A DNA stretch of 64,000 bases from Vezdaea acicularis (taxonomy: Eukaryota). The notes beneath the pieces were generated by a model. That model searched no databases. It worked only from the letters and a program-made list of their open reading frames with translations, and had not been told where the DNA came from. The translations under genes and the position numbers were made by a program. Shown here one piece after another: positions 11,249 to 24,927 of this stretch. The stretch is taken from NCBI GenBank assembly GCA_026025075.1, contig JAPEUI010000022.1, positions 1 through 64,000 of the forward strand, written 5' to 3'. Every line of letters starts with the position of its first letter. Position 1 is the first letter of the stretch.

Positions 11249-14200
11249 ATGGCCTCACCGTGGGAAAGTCCTGGCGCGAGCCCAGGGTCTGAGGACAATC
11301 ATCCGGACGTTACAGTTAAGCCAATGAAACGTTCGTCTCTCCTTAGAGTCTCTACTAGCTCACAGACAGAATTGCTGATATTTCTTCGAACGCGTATAGT
11401 GAAGGTTCTCTATACGTTCGACGAGCATGGGAAGACTAATCGCCTGGCCAGAGGTAATGATACGATTAATGTGCGGACAGTTTCAATCGGGGAGGCGGTT
11501 GTGGGCGTCATCGAGCTAAAGACATGCATACAAGCCATCATAACTGCGAGGTGAGCAAAGACTTCGAGGCTGTGAAGCTAGCTTTACGTATCTGATCTTG
11601 CTCTCTGGAACTAGTCCCGAGCTTATCGCGAATCTTGGGCAGGATTATACAGTGTATGCCTATGACTACTCTGAGCTTGATACACCGCTGGTTGGGCAAG
11701 GTATGCTGTCATGGACATTGGCTTCTCCATCACCAATGCAATCATCGCCTTCACACCAATCGTGTCAATTAATTACAGGGCGCGTGTGCTCCAATATCCT
11801 GGGTGTATTTGGTCATGGAACGCTCCATACCCTTGAGGTCAAGTTGAGACTCACACCAGTCCCTCAATGTCTTCAAAGTGAATATCTCGACAGTATCGAG
11901 CGATATCGTGAGCTGAGCAAGTTGATACCTGAATCATTCGATCCAGGTAGTTGGATGGCGTATCTAAAGGCCAATCCTCACATTACACATTTCGGAAATC
12001 GACTTGGGGCTTCGACACAGGGCCAGGCTTCTGATCAGCAGAGACAAGAAGTTGGGATGGAAATCGTTGGGCGTCTACTAACACAAGATGAGTACGTGGA
12101 AGACTACTCGAATGATATACGCATGTCACAAGACTTGGGCCATCAGGCAAGGAGCTCTCAACTTTCTCCATCAAACTCCTCGAATGACTGCAGCCGTGCG
12201 GCTAGTCCCACAATCAGTCTAAGCGCTGGCATGGAGTTTCGTCAGATTGCGAAGGGTCAAGTATCCCGCTCAGCATCAAGAGCATCAATGAGGACTACTA
12301 AACAAGGTATTGAACAGACCTATTCGGGTTCGGGATCCAACACTATGAGCAGCAATTCTAATGGCTTTGATAACGAGCAAGAGGAGGGGCCAGCGAAAAA
12401 GCGGGCAAGAGTCATGAAAGCTGATTGGAACGGGAAGTCATCGTTGCCTAATCCTGATTCACTGCGAGTGGCCGCCAGCACAGCGGCATCGATTCGGATG
12501 TACCGGCCAATCGCACTCGCGCCTTCAGCCACAAGGCGAGACTCCCTTGAAGAACCACCTAGAGCTCCCACACCTCGTCCTAATATCGGAAATGCTGCTC
12601 CTCAAATCCGCCGTCCTGGTTCTAGTAGCTTAAGACGTGAATCATTCGGAAGAGTTAACTCACTCTCAAGATCATTATCTCAGCAGTCAGAATCCATAAG
12701 ACCCTCGGTCGAGACCAGCGCTACCTCACCCGACGGCAGCCGATATCAAAGTGCCATGTACAGCCCTATCAACATACCATCGTCGCCACCTGTAATGGCG
12801 GCTGCTTCGCCTGCACCTTCGAGTCCCGCATTACCCGCACTCCCAGCACCATATGATTCTGGTTTTATGAGCGGCACAGTCGACGAGCTCTTCGAAGATG
12901 AAGACAACGAAGAAGTTCGACCGCTTGACGACGATGACATCCAGATTGCATCCATGTACCATCGACGGACTCATGCTTCTAGTAACAAAACTCTTACTTT
13001 CTACGAGGAGACCCCAGGGCCACCTGAGAGACTCCCTTCGAAGATTCTGCCACGTACGGAGCGCAAGAGAATTGCGCGGACGCCTTCAGTGGCGCCAAGC
13101 GATGTAGTCAACCCTGCCGATGATTCTCATGGTCAAATACCCCTGAAGCAAGGAAAAACTGCAAAGATACGAGGTCCCACTTCAAGAAGACCATCGGCTA
13201 TAGCATTGAGTCAACAGTCTGAAGTGCAGTCACAGGGCTCAGAGATAGCTGCAGGGCCCGGGCAGCCATCAGAACAGCCAGTACGGCCAGCATCCTCGAG
13301 AGCTCTCAGCCGGGCTTCATCGATCAGTTCTCTTAAGTTTCCACCGATTATTCAGAGCGATCCTATCCAACCCGGCCATTGTACTCTACAGAGGTCGCAA
13401 AGTTGGACAGGAGCCCAGCACCCAATGTCAGATGCACCGACTTCCTCCTCTTATGGCCCTGAAAACACGACAAGACCCCAACAGCAACCTAGGAGTGGAT
13501 CTGGAGCAAAGCGGAAGAGAGCCATCATGACTCGGCTAACTTCAGCCATTGAACAAGGCGAGATACCTCCGTTTTGTGACAACTGCGGTGCGATCGAGAC
13601 ACCAACATGGCGCAAAGCTTGGATGAAGACTATTTCTGGATCTACAGGAGCATACAGAGTTTCAAGCGAAGAAGGTGGTCTGATTAGTGTTGAGGTACTT
13701 TCAACCAACGGTGAAGGCACAATGTCGACGTACAAACTTGTCAAAAAGACTCTTTCAGAAGGTGATACGGACTGGACAGAGATGGTCCTGTGCAATCGTA
13801 AGTGTCATCCGTCTTTTCTTGATCCTGGTAGCTAATCTAGATTAGCTTGTGGTCTTTGGTTATCAAAGATGAAGTGTATGCGTCCCGAAGAAAAGTGGAA
13901 CAAAGATTCCAAAGGCCCAAAAGAGAAGAAGAAGAGGATCTACAAGCCAAGAAAGTCCACTATCACGACAGCCAACGGTTCGGTTGTGGCTTCTGAGACT
14001 GGGCAAGAACAAGGTGGTTCTCCTGGCAGTGAGGCTACAACACCCGATGATGGAGAAGCCTTGGTAATCCAGGATGAAATGAACTGTGAGGGTCCAGCCG
14101 GACAGCATCAAACCTGCAGCGCGAAGTCTCAGGATGCGCAATCTTCCTCCAGAAGCACTCTTAGGCAACCGCAGGGAGGCGCGGCTTTAGAACGGGTGGC

Positions 14201-15044
14201 TCAGTCAAGTCCAAAGAGCATCGTCGGCGCTGCTGACAGTCTGATCGATGTCGAAAATTTAGGTACAACACGTCGGCTTCTCTTTCCCTCACCATGCAAG
14301 GAGGGCGAGGCCAAGGCTCTCCGGACCCTTCCCGTATCCTTGCAGCCCAATGGTCAGTGGCAAAAGACCAGCGTTCGAGCATCACCCTTCAAGGCTCGTT
14401 CTAATGGCGCTAAAGGCAAGGAGAATCTATCCCTTGCTGAGAGCAGTGAAGATGACACTCCGGCAAATGATGAGCATCTTGATCGTCTCTTCGAGGAGAG
14501 CCTGACCCCGGCTCAGCCGGTGACAACCCCTCATCGCTACAACACGCGTAGCAGTAACAGTCCTTCAAAGACGCCAGTGTCCAAAACGCAAACACCTTCC
14601 AATCGATCAACTCTGTCGAGTCTCTTCTCCTCTGCCGCTAAGACAGGTATTCTGCGCACCCCCGCTTCACATTCTCCAACCCCAAAGTCCCGCACGCGTA
14701 CCCCTCGCACTGCTACGCTTCGAAGCGCTAGAAAACTGGTATCGCCTTTCTCAGCACACCTACAGCGAGTGTTGAGCGATGCGGCAAATGACTCCAATAA
14801 CGGGCCGTTTGGGGACTTCGACTATGGGTCCCTGAACATTGGGAGTCAAGAGGTATTCAACTTTGGAGAAGACGGAGGGATATTCGACGGGCCATTGCCG
14901 AGTAGTCCACCTTTGATGAATATGGGAACGGAGAGGAATGGTGGAGATTGGTTCAGCCTCTACGAGGATCCACATCAGGAAAGCGAGGGAATGTGGGATC
15001 AATTTGGGTTACCAGGCGAGGAAGCAATGGAAGGGGAAACTTGA
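11249..15044 (+). CDS. Ams2/SPT21-family GATA-type transcription factor (histone gene regulator), 4 exons
   Basis: N-terminal KVLYTFD..LKTCIQAI..SPEL..DYTVYAYDYSE.DTPLVGQGMLSW domain; zinc finger CDNCGAIETPTWRK...LCN/PCGLW split by an intron near 13798-13845. Confidence 0.85.
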
Positions 15045-15375
15045 TGCGGGCAAGGGTCAGGAGGGTGTTCTTTCGTATCGAGTTGGATAAATCTTGTCCT
15101 TACTCGCTACGATTAGCGGATAGTTAACAGGATGTTTCACATATCATTCTCTTTCGAGAGTATCATCTGAAGTGGCCCCGGAATGCTACCGCTTCCGCCT
15201 AGTCGGTTCTGGCTGCTGCAGCCTATTCCCTGTTCTGCTCGAAAACGTTCAAGTTGCGTTCGCCGTGGCTGGCCCGGCTCCACCGGCAACGCGTTCTCCT
15301 TGCCCCTCGTCTATTCTCCGGTGGGGCCGACAAGCCACGCAACCCATATTTACCTCATAAATCTCGCACAACGAC

Positions 15376-15910
15376 TCACGCCGGCCGTTCGTAGAAGATC
15401 TCGTGGTAGCGATGCGTGGCATCGACGACGGCATCATTGAGATCCAGGTCAACGTTCGACCCGAAGTCAGTCGAGGCGAGCACTTTCAGTGTGAGGTCCG
15501 GGTTCACCTTGCCGACGAGTTCGACGAAGCTGTTCATCGCGAGGTGGGAGTCCTGCATCAAAGCGGGGTCAGTAGAGGGGCTTGTGCTTCCAGGGAGGGG
15601 GAGAATGGTAGGCGTAGGGATCGAGAGGACAGGGAATGTTAGACAAAGACAGTGGGGCATCCGAGGGCGGAGGAGGGCCTTGGAAGGTAGAAGCGTTGGT
15701 GCGAAAAGGTGGTATTATTCACTTGCTCGGGCTCGTTCTTCATAGACAAAGAATATGACTTACCCTGTTCAGAAGGGCTGTAACATTCCCCCGCGCGTCT
15801 ACTGTAGCGTGATCGCCGCGTAACTCGACGACCTTTCCAATAAGGCGTACGGTGCGGCCGATGAAGTTTGAGAGGTATTGCTGGGTTATGCGGGGCGTGA
15901 CTTCAGACAT
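15376..15910 (-). CDS. ssb3: Replication protein A 14 kDa subunit (RPA3/Ssb3), 2 exons
   Basis: MSEVTPRITQQYLSNFIGRTVRLIGKVVELRGDHATVDARGNVTALLNR / DSHLAMNSFVELVGKVNPDLTLKVLASTDFG..AVVDATHRYHEIFY; about 210-nt intron with GTAAGT donor. Confidence 0.9.
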
Positions 15911-17158
15911 TTTCGATAGGTGGAAGGTTGAAAGGGGAACTGGAGGATTGAGGTAAGGTCCAGAATGGTGGAGTAAGATACGTTTGAATGTCTTGATGCG
16001 CTAGTGCGACAGTGATTTGCTGGCTTGACGAAAGAGGATGGTTTGAACGACGGTACGGCAGAAGGCCTGTGTCCTCTGCGGAAAGGCGGGTTTTCTGTCG
16101 AAGGCCTAGAGGCGACGAACTTCAAACTAAGTTTACAGCCAGAGGTTACACAAGGGCCTCAGACCCGCAGACCCGCATATTTGGCGGTTGATACAGTAAG
16201 ATCACAAAGAATTATAGTCTAAGAGCTCGGATGGCGTTTTGAAACGGTTTTCGGACCTAACAAATTAGTGTGAGATGTGCGCCGGGTGTGCAGCCAAGGC
16301 TAGGCTTTATGCAGATAGGCGGCAGGCATCACGCAGCGTGGATACAGTAGATACACAAGAGCAGTAGCCATATGGTAGGACATACTGTAGTAGTCAATAA
16401 ATGTCTAACTGGCATACCATCAAGTACTGGGGAATTGTGCCCTAGCGCTCCCCCACGACGTTCTCACAGTTGGGTCACATGATGTCGGCTGATGAGGAGC
16501 AATGCGCCATGACGTATGTGGCAGACAACGAGTATCTGTATGCAAGTGAATAATGGGGGGTTTCATCACCCTATCATTTTAGAGCAGTATCGGATGATGG
16601 AAGCTTAGTGCAGAAGTAGCGCGGCCTAAGTTACGGAATGAGCCGATTTTGGTGACAACTAAAAATGGAAGACGAGCTCATCAATCAGTGACGAGGTCCG
16701 TCAAGGACGCCATGCTATTTGCGAGATGCCCACGAAGAATTGCATGATATTCAGCCACTAGAATTTTCGTTCTGAAATTGGGGTAATTGCTGGGGTATGT
16801 ATGCTACGCTACGCTGTGGACTTCAGAAAACCTCCGTGCATGTATTCCTCGCGACTCCGGTCCAATGATCATTCCATTGTATCCTTTCATATCTGCGTTC
16901 TCACGGAACGCGCACCAAGACAATAATGGGCAAAGGCGAGAGCGCCGCCGAACAGATTTAAGAAAAGCAAAAGCACCTGCATCGCTCATCATCCCATCCC
17001 GCGAACTGCCAGATATGTTATCAGTCCCTGACGTCCGTGTCAACATATGACAAGCTGTGGTCCAAAGTCCAGAACGCCATCAGAAATTTGATGTCCCGGT
17101 TCAAACTCCGTAATGATGCTGATTAGATCACGATGAAAGCCAGGGAGGCCAGAATTCA

Positions 17159-18343
17159 TTACTCGAGGTTGATGGTAGTTTTGTCGTCTTCTGCAAGCGC
17201 AGGTGAAGCCGCAAGGCTTGACATTCCACTCACGATTTGGTCATCGTCAAAAGCCGCAAAGGAAGCGTGCCGTGACGATCCAATATGACTGTCGCTCGGC
17301 GATCCTGTATCAGGAGCACGCGGTGTAGGATGAATAAGCGGATTTGCCGCGAAGTTTGCCGCCTCGTGACTTAGATACTGCCGAATTCGGTGGCAGTCGC
17401 AGTTGGAGTGTTGCAAAAGCTCACCCTTGAGCCAAAGCATCTCATCTTTTAATGATCCCACAACCATGGTCAGCCGAGTCTTGTCGGCCTGAAGCTGTCG
17501 TGCCCTCGTCTCCAAGTTGCTTGTCCATTCCTTCTTCTTTTGCCTACATTTACTTGCAGCTACACGGTTTCTTTCGAGGAACCGGCTTCGTTTTCCGTCC
17601 TCCTCATATTGGGGCTTCTCCTCCACGATTGGTTGTTTCCCTCTCGCATTTGGTTTGCGCTGACGCCTAGGCGAGTTCGACGTACCACGACTGGAAGACG
17701 AGGGTGGAGCGGCGTTGCTTCGCTTCCGCTTTGTGGTGGGCTGGGTGGCGGCAGAAGGGTCGTTGAATTCATAGGTGCTGCTGGGTAGAGAAGGATCTGG
17801 AGTGTTGTCGTTGGGAGGAGTAATCTGTCCAAATCGGTTCGGGGTCTCTGAGGTCTTTCGTTGATTCGTACGATTGTCTAGACGCATATAAGACCAGTCC
17901 TGAGGTGGAGATCTAGAGGAATCGGGTGGAGAGGGTTCTTGGGCTGGCATTCCTGAATGCCGGTTAAGGTCCTGTTCTAGCTTCGAGGCATTCCACATGA
18001 CGGCTGCTGGAGCGACGTTCAGGCTGGTATTCCGTGGTGACGGAATTGAATGAGGTTCATCATCAACGGGCTTCGAAGCCGTGGGAACCTGCCTTTCGAT
18101 CGAGCCATTAGGGCCGGGGCTTGGCGCTCGAGATGAGAACATGGAGTAGCCCCCAAAATTGAAGCCCAGTGGCTCTGTCAGTTCACCGGCGGCATCGTGC
18201 TTCGCCACGATGTGCTTGAAATCAGCGTCAAAAACGTTGGTGTGCTCATCATTGATGTTGGCGGCGGAGAAGAAGCCGCCGGAATGTAACAAGTCTGAGA
18301 GGCCCGGCGTGAGCTGCGGTGCGGAATCCATGGCAATACTCAT
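17159..18343 (-). CDS. ATF/CREB-family bZIP transcription factor (Atf21/AtfB-like)
   Basis: KRSRFLERNRVAASKCRQKKKEW..LE..L..L..EMLWLKGELLQHSNC basic-zipper; FGQITPP motif; single exon; start at 18343 or 18331. Confidence 0.9.
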   Translation of the reverse strand: MSIAMDSAPQLTPGLSDLLHSGGFFSAANINDEHTNVFDADFKHIVAKHDAAGELTEPLGFNFGGYSMFSSRAPSPGPNGSIERQVPTASKPVDDEPHSIPSPRNTSLNVAPAAVMWNASKLEQDLNRHSGMPAQEPSPPDSSRSPPQDWSYMRLDNRTNQRKTSETPNRFGQITPPNDNTPDPSLPSSTYEFNDPSAATQPTTKRKRSNAAPPSSSSRGTSNSPRRQRKPNARGKQPIVEEKPQYEEDGKRSRFLERNRVAASKCRQKKKEWTSNLETRARQLQADKTRLTMVVGSLKDEMLWLKGELLQHSNCDCHRIRQYLSHEAANFAANPLIHPTPRAPDTGSPSDSHIGSSRHASFAAFDDDQIVSGMSSLAASPALAEDDKTTINLE

Positions 18344-21300
18344 GGTCGGTGTCAGGATCGACAGGCGCAGTGTAGGCTGCGTTTGATGGAGTTTCCGCTT
18401 CAATTGTGGTCCAGACACGTATGGGCGTATACGCAAGATCGAAATCGTGAGAAGAGGGCAAAGTGTGACGCGGTGAGATATTAGATATTATGAGCTGCGA
18501 ATCTCCACGTGCGCCTGCCAGAAGATCGTGGGCTGATGGAATGGAATTCGCTGGTGGCAAACGATCGATCGATCGCGACGGTCGTCGAATGATGGGAAAG
18601 TAAGAATTCGATGTGAAGGGCGACTTCGGGGTATATAGTGGTATGGGAGGGGAAGCACCGGCATTGGGACTCAATCAAACAAGCGACCACAGATTCTTGA
18701 GCCGGGTCAGAGAGCAGGCCGCGCGAGAAACGAAGGAGAGAAGGGGGAAGGGAAAGAGAGACAGGCAGGAATGGGGGAATGGGCGGAAGGTTTGGCCGTG
18801 GTTTGGGGCCGCCGGAAAGGGAAGGGACTCTCGAGCCTTCGGATGTGAATTCCGTCGACGCTCCGCACAAAGAAGGACCGACCATCTTCGCGCGGGTGCG
18901 ATGGAGTGTAGATGGTATTGCATGTGCACGGATACAGGCAAAGTGAGGAGATCGAGCATTCCTTCTCTCCACCGCAGTACATGGATCATCTGGTATTGAG
19001 CATCGAGAATCGAGCATCCAACACCCAGCATCGAGCATCGTGAGAAGACGTTCGGATGACTGCCTTGACCCGTAGGAGGACCGCTGCCGCCGCCCTTGTT
19101 TGTTGGCCGTCGGGCATGACGCTTGTCGGTGAGCTGTTTGATGGCGGGGGCCGCATGGCGAAGGGAGCTCGTAGCGACGCGGTGACTGCCGGATCCAGCA
19201 GACGATCGTCGTGCAAAAGCTTCTTGTTGCTCAACGCCGCGCAGCTGGCAGCGAGCGAGAGTGGCGAGAATGCCCCACAGGTCCACGATGAAGTGAACAG
19301 ACAAAAGATCGAATGGGGGAAAAAGGCGCGCGTACGCCACAAGGTTCGGGGCTAAGGTAGTCGACGCGATAGAAGCGTTGGAAAGAAGGGGAGCGTTGAG
19401 GGGCACCGGCACGTATCAGCGATGCTGGCCATGGGCGGCGAAGACATCGTCGAAGGGGACGCCGTGCACGCTTGGCCCAAACGGTCCCATGGGAAAAGGT
19501 GGTGAGGCATGGGCGAGGCCGGGGGCAGCATGGCAAAAACGACATCGGACGAGCAGGGACCCCCTGCCATCTCTCGCGCACTAGAGCGCCCTAGCCCGCC
19601 CTAGCCCGCTCTCACACCCCACCACTGTGCGCCTTCATCGAGATTTGCCAGGCGATCTGGCATTGCCGTGAGCGCACTAGAGGCCCGCTAGGCTGTATCT
19701 AGCGCTCGCTTGGCGTCACGCCCGTCACGTCTGTCAAGCCCCGTCAAGCCCCTCACGCTTGTCTCGCCCCGGCTGCGGGGTTCACTGTGGCATGAGAAAA
19801 TGAGCTCATGAGCCGCCGGCGCCAGCGTGTGTTCCCTGCCCCTGCCAGGAATGCCACACGGTCCGACTAGCCAACCCGCCAAGCGTCAGCCCTTCGGACC
19901 CTTATTCCGACCAATATCTCGCGACCTTAATCCGACGATGCTCTCGCGAGCCTCCGCCGGCCGCGCGTGAAGGCGAAGGAGGCAATCCTCTGGCGCCACG
20001 CCAATCTGCTTTGCCCGCTGCCTCCGCCGATCATTATCCTGAAGTGCGCCACACTTCCGTCCGACCTCAAGTCACACGGCCCGTATGATCCACGTTTAAA
20101 ATCTTCCTCGCCTTCACTGGCCCTACCTCGCCGCACTCGTTGTTCTCCTCGACCCATGTTATCTCCTCAGCACCACGTGAAGAGCCAGAGGCAGGCAGTC
20201 GATATGCCATCGCCGCTCGGATGAGGGTGAAGCGGACGTGGTGATACGGCGCGGTGGAGCAGAGCTCGGGTCCAATCATCGATGCGAGGGGGGGAAACCG
20301 CCCCTTGCGCATGGCATTCTTGAGAATGCCATGATCCCAATTCGAAATTCCATTCTTCAAGACCCCCCGCCAGCCAAAGCTGTTGTCGTCTCCCACGGCC
20401 ATGCATCTGCCCAGCTGCTGGACCCTCATTTCATTCGTCCGCAGCCACAGATTCATGCACGCCTATCGAGCGGCCTCCCCAACTAGAGCTCCGAAACTTT
20501 GACCGCGGGACTCAATTAGAGTTCCGAGAGAGCGTCTGATGCCGTCGTAGTCCCCCCATACGCTGTGGCTGCGGGATGGCGCCAACGGTTCCACCATCGC
20601 TTGCGACAAAGTTCCCGGTGGATGCCTCCCCTGACGTAGGGGCGAAGGGCACAGGCCGGCGGGTCTCAAGGCGAACAGCCAATCTCAATGGATCGCATGA
20701 GTGATCCTCTGCTCCAAGCAGCCTGAGAACACCAAGAAGCGTTGGGTTGCGCACCATTTGGGCGAACGGAGAAAGCCGTCCGGGTACGGGCTTGAGGAGC
20801 ATGGTCTTACTGCTGACCTGGGCCTTGAGCTTGGAAGGCAGTTTCAATGCATATCTGCTTGTAGGGGTGTTTTTTGATAGAGGTAGGGGTTGGAACAAAT
20901 GAAAATTGATCCCTCGGAAGATGCCGACCCTACTTGTTAAGGAGATGGCAAGGGCTGAAGCATATGATGTCATAGAGAGAGTTGGCAACCCCAGAACAAG
21001 CGTTCCGGCACCCCGCAAGGACGCTCCGCTTTCGGGCAAAAGGGACTTGTTCGAAAACCACTCGAAGGATGGGCTTACATCGGAGAATTTTGTCATCTTC
21101 AAAAGTTCGGCGTCGGAGCCACAGGGTGAGGGGCTACCGACCGCCTGCCTATTTGCCGAGATGCCGCTGCCGCCACACCAGATCGGCGGCTCATGTACGA
21201 TGAGCGAAACCTTTGAGTTACTACGACAGCTACTAAGATCGTCACCCTACCCATGCGAGATACGAAGGTTTGGGGTCGTGCAGGACCCCTATCTCCGTAT

Positions 21301-21903
21301 CCTACTGTTAGTAGATCTTTATCGGCATGCCGCAAAAAGCCCCGTTGCCGCGAGAGACGTGAGCAACAAGCAGCGGTTTTTCCGTGGCTAAGGCATGGCG
21401 CCACATCCTTTATCAAACGGATGATGTCACCATGGCTGAAGCCAGGTTTTTCCTTAAACCCGCGTTGAGAGACTTCAAAGCATTGCATCGCTTGATACAT
21501 CATAACTCTTTAGCGTTGAGTAGACCCCTTCACCTCAGGGAAACCTCACCCCCTCACCCTCAAGACTGGGAAACTAGGGTACAGACCTAAGGCAAGCTCA
21601 ACTTTGCCCATGGGATGGGAAAGACTGTTCAGCAGCTACATCATTTATCCTTTCCAAAGGCGTCATGAGTAAGCAGCATTGACAAGCCAGCTAGTCACAT
21701 GATCCCTTGCAGAATACCACCTCAGATTTTCACGAGACCCCCCTCGCATAGGACTTGAGGACGCTCTTCATCATGACTGGACAATTGACCTCACAAAAGT
21801 TCACAATCCAGGGCGATCCTCAAGTTGTTGAGACTATTTTCCCCATCTCAGGTAAAATTACAATGCCCGCGGGTTGTCTCTTTCTATGTTACATCAAATG
21901 ATC

Positions 21904-23482
21904 CTAGCCAATCCACCTCAGAGCACTTCCATCCCCGGTCGTCTTCCTCTCCAGAATATCTCTCACCACGATATCTACTCCTTCAAGGTCCTCGTTCCTC
22001 TGTAGGAACTCCTGAAGTACACCTTCGCGACTCATTCCTCCTGCCTTTACCACTTGTTCAACGTCCCTCTCCCGAGGCAGACCCGTCCAAGCGTGCGGAT
22101 AGTCATTCCACGCTTGATCTGGCTGGTCCTTCAGCAGTGGTAGCATCGTCTGACCTTTCGTCGTAAAGAATGGATCCGTATCGATAGGATCGGTCAAAGA
22201 AGATGGGGACCATCTTGGAGTGGTCTGAGGCTTATTGATCAACTTGCTAGTGACACCGTTTGTAAAATCTGGATGTTCCATAAATTTGCTTGCCATGATG
22301 TATTCACGCTGGAACGTCTCTTTGATACTCCAATTTCTACCTAGTCGTTGGGCGCGTAGAGTGACGGCCAAGGACGTTGGGCTACGTTGACTGAGATCAG
22401 AAAGCGTTTGCGAAGCCCACTCCGTCCCTTCCCTTTCGAGAGCAGAAACTATCTTCGCTATTGTGTCGTGCCCAAAGCAACGGTCAATGGCCATGCGAGT
22501 TTGGCCCGCGATTACAGGAGGGTCGGATGGTAAACCAGAGCTGTATTCATGTAGAGTATGCGCAATGATGCGAAGACGATCCATATAAGACAGGTTATCT
22601 TCAAAGGTAAGTTCGGAAAGGCGTGAAGTCAATGCGGGGATGGTGGAGCTGTGAAGATAATGGGTTGCGATGCCGGCGTATAGTAGGTCTACACCCCGCA
22701 ACTGCTGACTGGTAAGAGCCAGGTAGGTGCCCACCTCTCCATTAAGACGAGAAAGGAAAAAGCTTCCTCCGACGTCAGGAAAGAGCCCAATGCTCGTTTC
22801 TGGCATGGCGAAAACAGTGCGTTCAGTTGCAATGCGGAAAGGGGCATGTACGCTGAGGCCTACACCCCCGCCCATTGTGATACCATCGATGACCGCGATG
22901 AAAGGTTTAGTGTATGTGGCGATGAGGTGATCTAGTTGGTATTCGAGCGCAAAGTAATTCTTAGATTCTTGCTGCCCAGCCGCGCCTTGGGTGTTCTGTT
23001 TAGCAAGCGCCGTGACATCGCCTCCGGCGCAAAACGCTTTAGGTCCTGATCCTCGGATCAATATAATATTTGCCATTTGCGACTTTTCCCATTCCTGAAA
23101 GAAGAAACTTAATTAGAAACATTCTATTGGTAAAGAAGGGAATGCATGCCTGCAGCCGGGGTATGATCTTTCGCGCCATAGACCCGTTCAAAGAATTGAG
23201 CTTTTTCGGACGGTTGAGCTCAATTGTTCGGATATTGTAAAGGGTATCGAAGAGGACATCATCTACTTCATCACCGGGCTCTTCTCGTATTATAGGAGGG
23301 TTGCTGGACATCTATAACAGGTCAGAGAAGTACACTCAAGTCTGCATGATATGATGTCTCACCGATGCGCGTCCGAGCAGAGTCGGGTCTAGAAGGCGCG
23401 CCCTGAGGGGCATCTCGACGGCGACACATAAACAGCGAAGCCGCCTTGAAGCTGTCCGGACTGCAATGGGTCTAGCGAACAT
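21904..23482 (-). CDS. EHD3: Mitochondrial 3-hydroxyisobutyryl-CoA hydrolase (Ehd3/mS47-like), 3 exons
   Basis: LNRPKKLNSLN, KAFCAGGDV, DGITMGGGVGLS, FAMPETSIGLFPDVGGS motifs; Arg-rich presequence from ATG 23482 (alternative 23413); second intron 23149-23095 is GC-AG. Confidence 0.92.
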
Positions 23483-23934
23483 CAATATTGAAGGTAAAGC
23501 TGCTACTGCAGCCCAGTTGTGGAGGGAGTAGAATGACCGATCGGGACTTAGAGTGAACCGAGAATCAATCATTTTCGCCCGAGGCGAAAGGGGAAACGAA
23601 TGTCCTACGTCCGCTGATGCACACCCCAAAAAATTCTCTTTTTCTCTCCCCTCAGCCTAGTTTTACGCTACATTCTAGATTTAGGTTTCCCAGAATTTAC
23701 GAGCTTGTTACAAGTTCAGGCTTTCAACTGTTTCTCCATTTCTGAGACGAAAATTATTTGAAGTTTTGACACCTTGAGATGGAATATAAATGGCCGCACG
23801 ATCGTACAGTTCAATCGAATTCTCTTCTGAAGATAAATTAATACCACACAATATGGTAGGAAACATAGATTTTGTGTAATTGCCCTATATGCCATAGCTG
23901 CGCCTTCAGAGATCTCATAAAATGTTGTCAAATT

Positions 23935-24927
23935 TTAGGACTTTACTGCTGAGGGGACTCTGGCATCCAAGTCACTTGAATGATTCTGTAGGATCCTGTC
24001 AAGGGCGGCTTTTTCAATTATCACCCGACCCATCTCCAGTAAGTCCTTCACATCTACATCATCTTGACTCAACGCATTTCCGTGTTGCCCCAACTTTCCC
24101 ATAGCCGCAAAGAGATTCTCTCTGCCATCTTTCTCTGATATAGCGACCATGAGAGACCGTCCATCTGCATTCCCCCAGTGATTTCTTGCAAGAATCTGCT
24201 CCAGATAGCCTGGTTGTTCATGGTCCAGAATCAGTTGGTCAACTACAACCAATTCGCCCTTATTAAAGCGATAACTTAAGGCTGTCCGCCAAGCCATATC
24301 ATATATCTTCCGCGGCAAGTCTGTTGAGTGATCTCTTGGCTTAGGACCAAATGCGACACCCCCACCTCTCAGCATCGGTGATTTTTTATCTCCTAGGCGC
24401 GCACGACCTGTGCCTTTCTGAGGTCGAATCTTGGCATTTGACCCATGAACTTCCGATCTCCACTTGGTGCTTGCTGTACCCTGACGAGTGTTGTCGCCTT
24501 CATAGATTACCGCACGGTGTAGTATGTCTCGTCGTAGAGGCATCTGGAGATGGTTTGCAGAGTATGGATGAAAAGCCAAAGGAGACATGTCAGGGAATGA
24601 ATACATGGTCGTGACAATCTGAGTAGCTACAGATGGTTAATGGAGCTACGAAGAATTGGCTTAGAAGCTCACCAGAACGAGGCAAGAAAAGATTTGTAGA
24701 AATCTCAATATTTGGACCTGATGATGAATCTTCTGGTAAATATGTTTCTGTCGCCATTCCACGGAAGAACATAGGTGCTAGACATTGCTGTATTGCGTTT
24801 TAGCTGAACCCAAAGTATTCCTAGCGGCTTAGCGCATTCTTACTCTTAAAGGGTCAGAGACCCAGCTTCTCTCACGTGTTGCCCTCTTCATGAAAGTGGT
24901 GGTAGTCCATAGCTTCTTTGCTGACAT
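23935..24927 (-). CDS. YML6: Mitochondrial ribosomal protein uL4m (YmL6)
   Basis: LRRDILHRAVIYEGDNTRQGTASTKWRSEVHGSNAKIRPQKGTGRARLGDKKSPMLRGGGVAFGPKPRD; spliced 5' exons from ATG 24927 (exact 5' structure approximate). Confidence 0.9.

Noticed and set aside
13576..13851. GATA finger with a 68-residue spacer between Cys pairs
   Set aside because: To my knowledge a long spacer is typical of Ams2-like proteins, so not novel
15555..15763. Long C-rich RPA3 intron as a box C/D snoRNA host (ATGAAGA...CTGA)
   Set aside because: C box imperfect, CTGA coincides with the branch site, no terminal stem or rRNA guide recognised
18481..20486. Many overlapping 60-245 aa ORFs in the ORF track
   Set aside because: Expected in GC-rich non-coding DNA; no domain motifs or consistent splice structure
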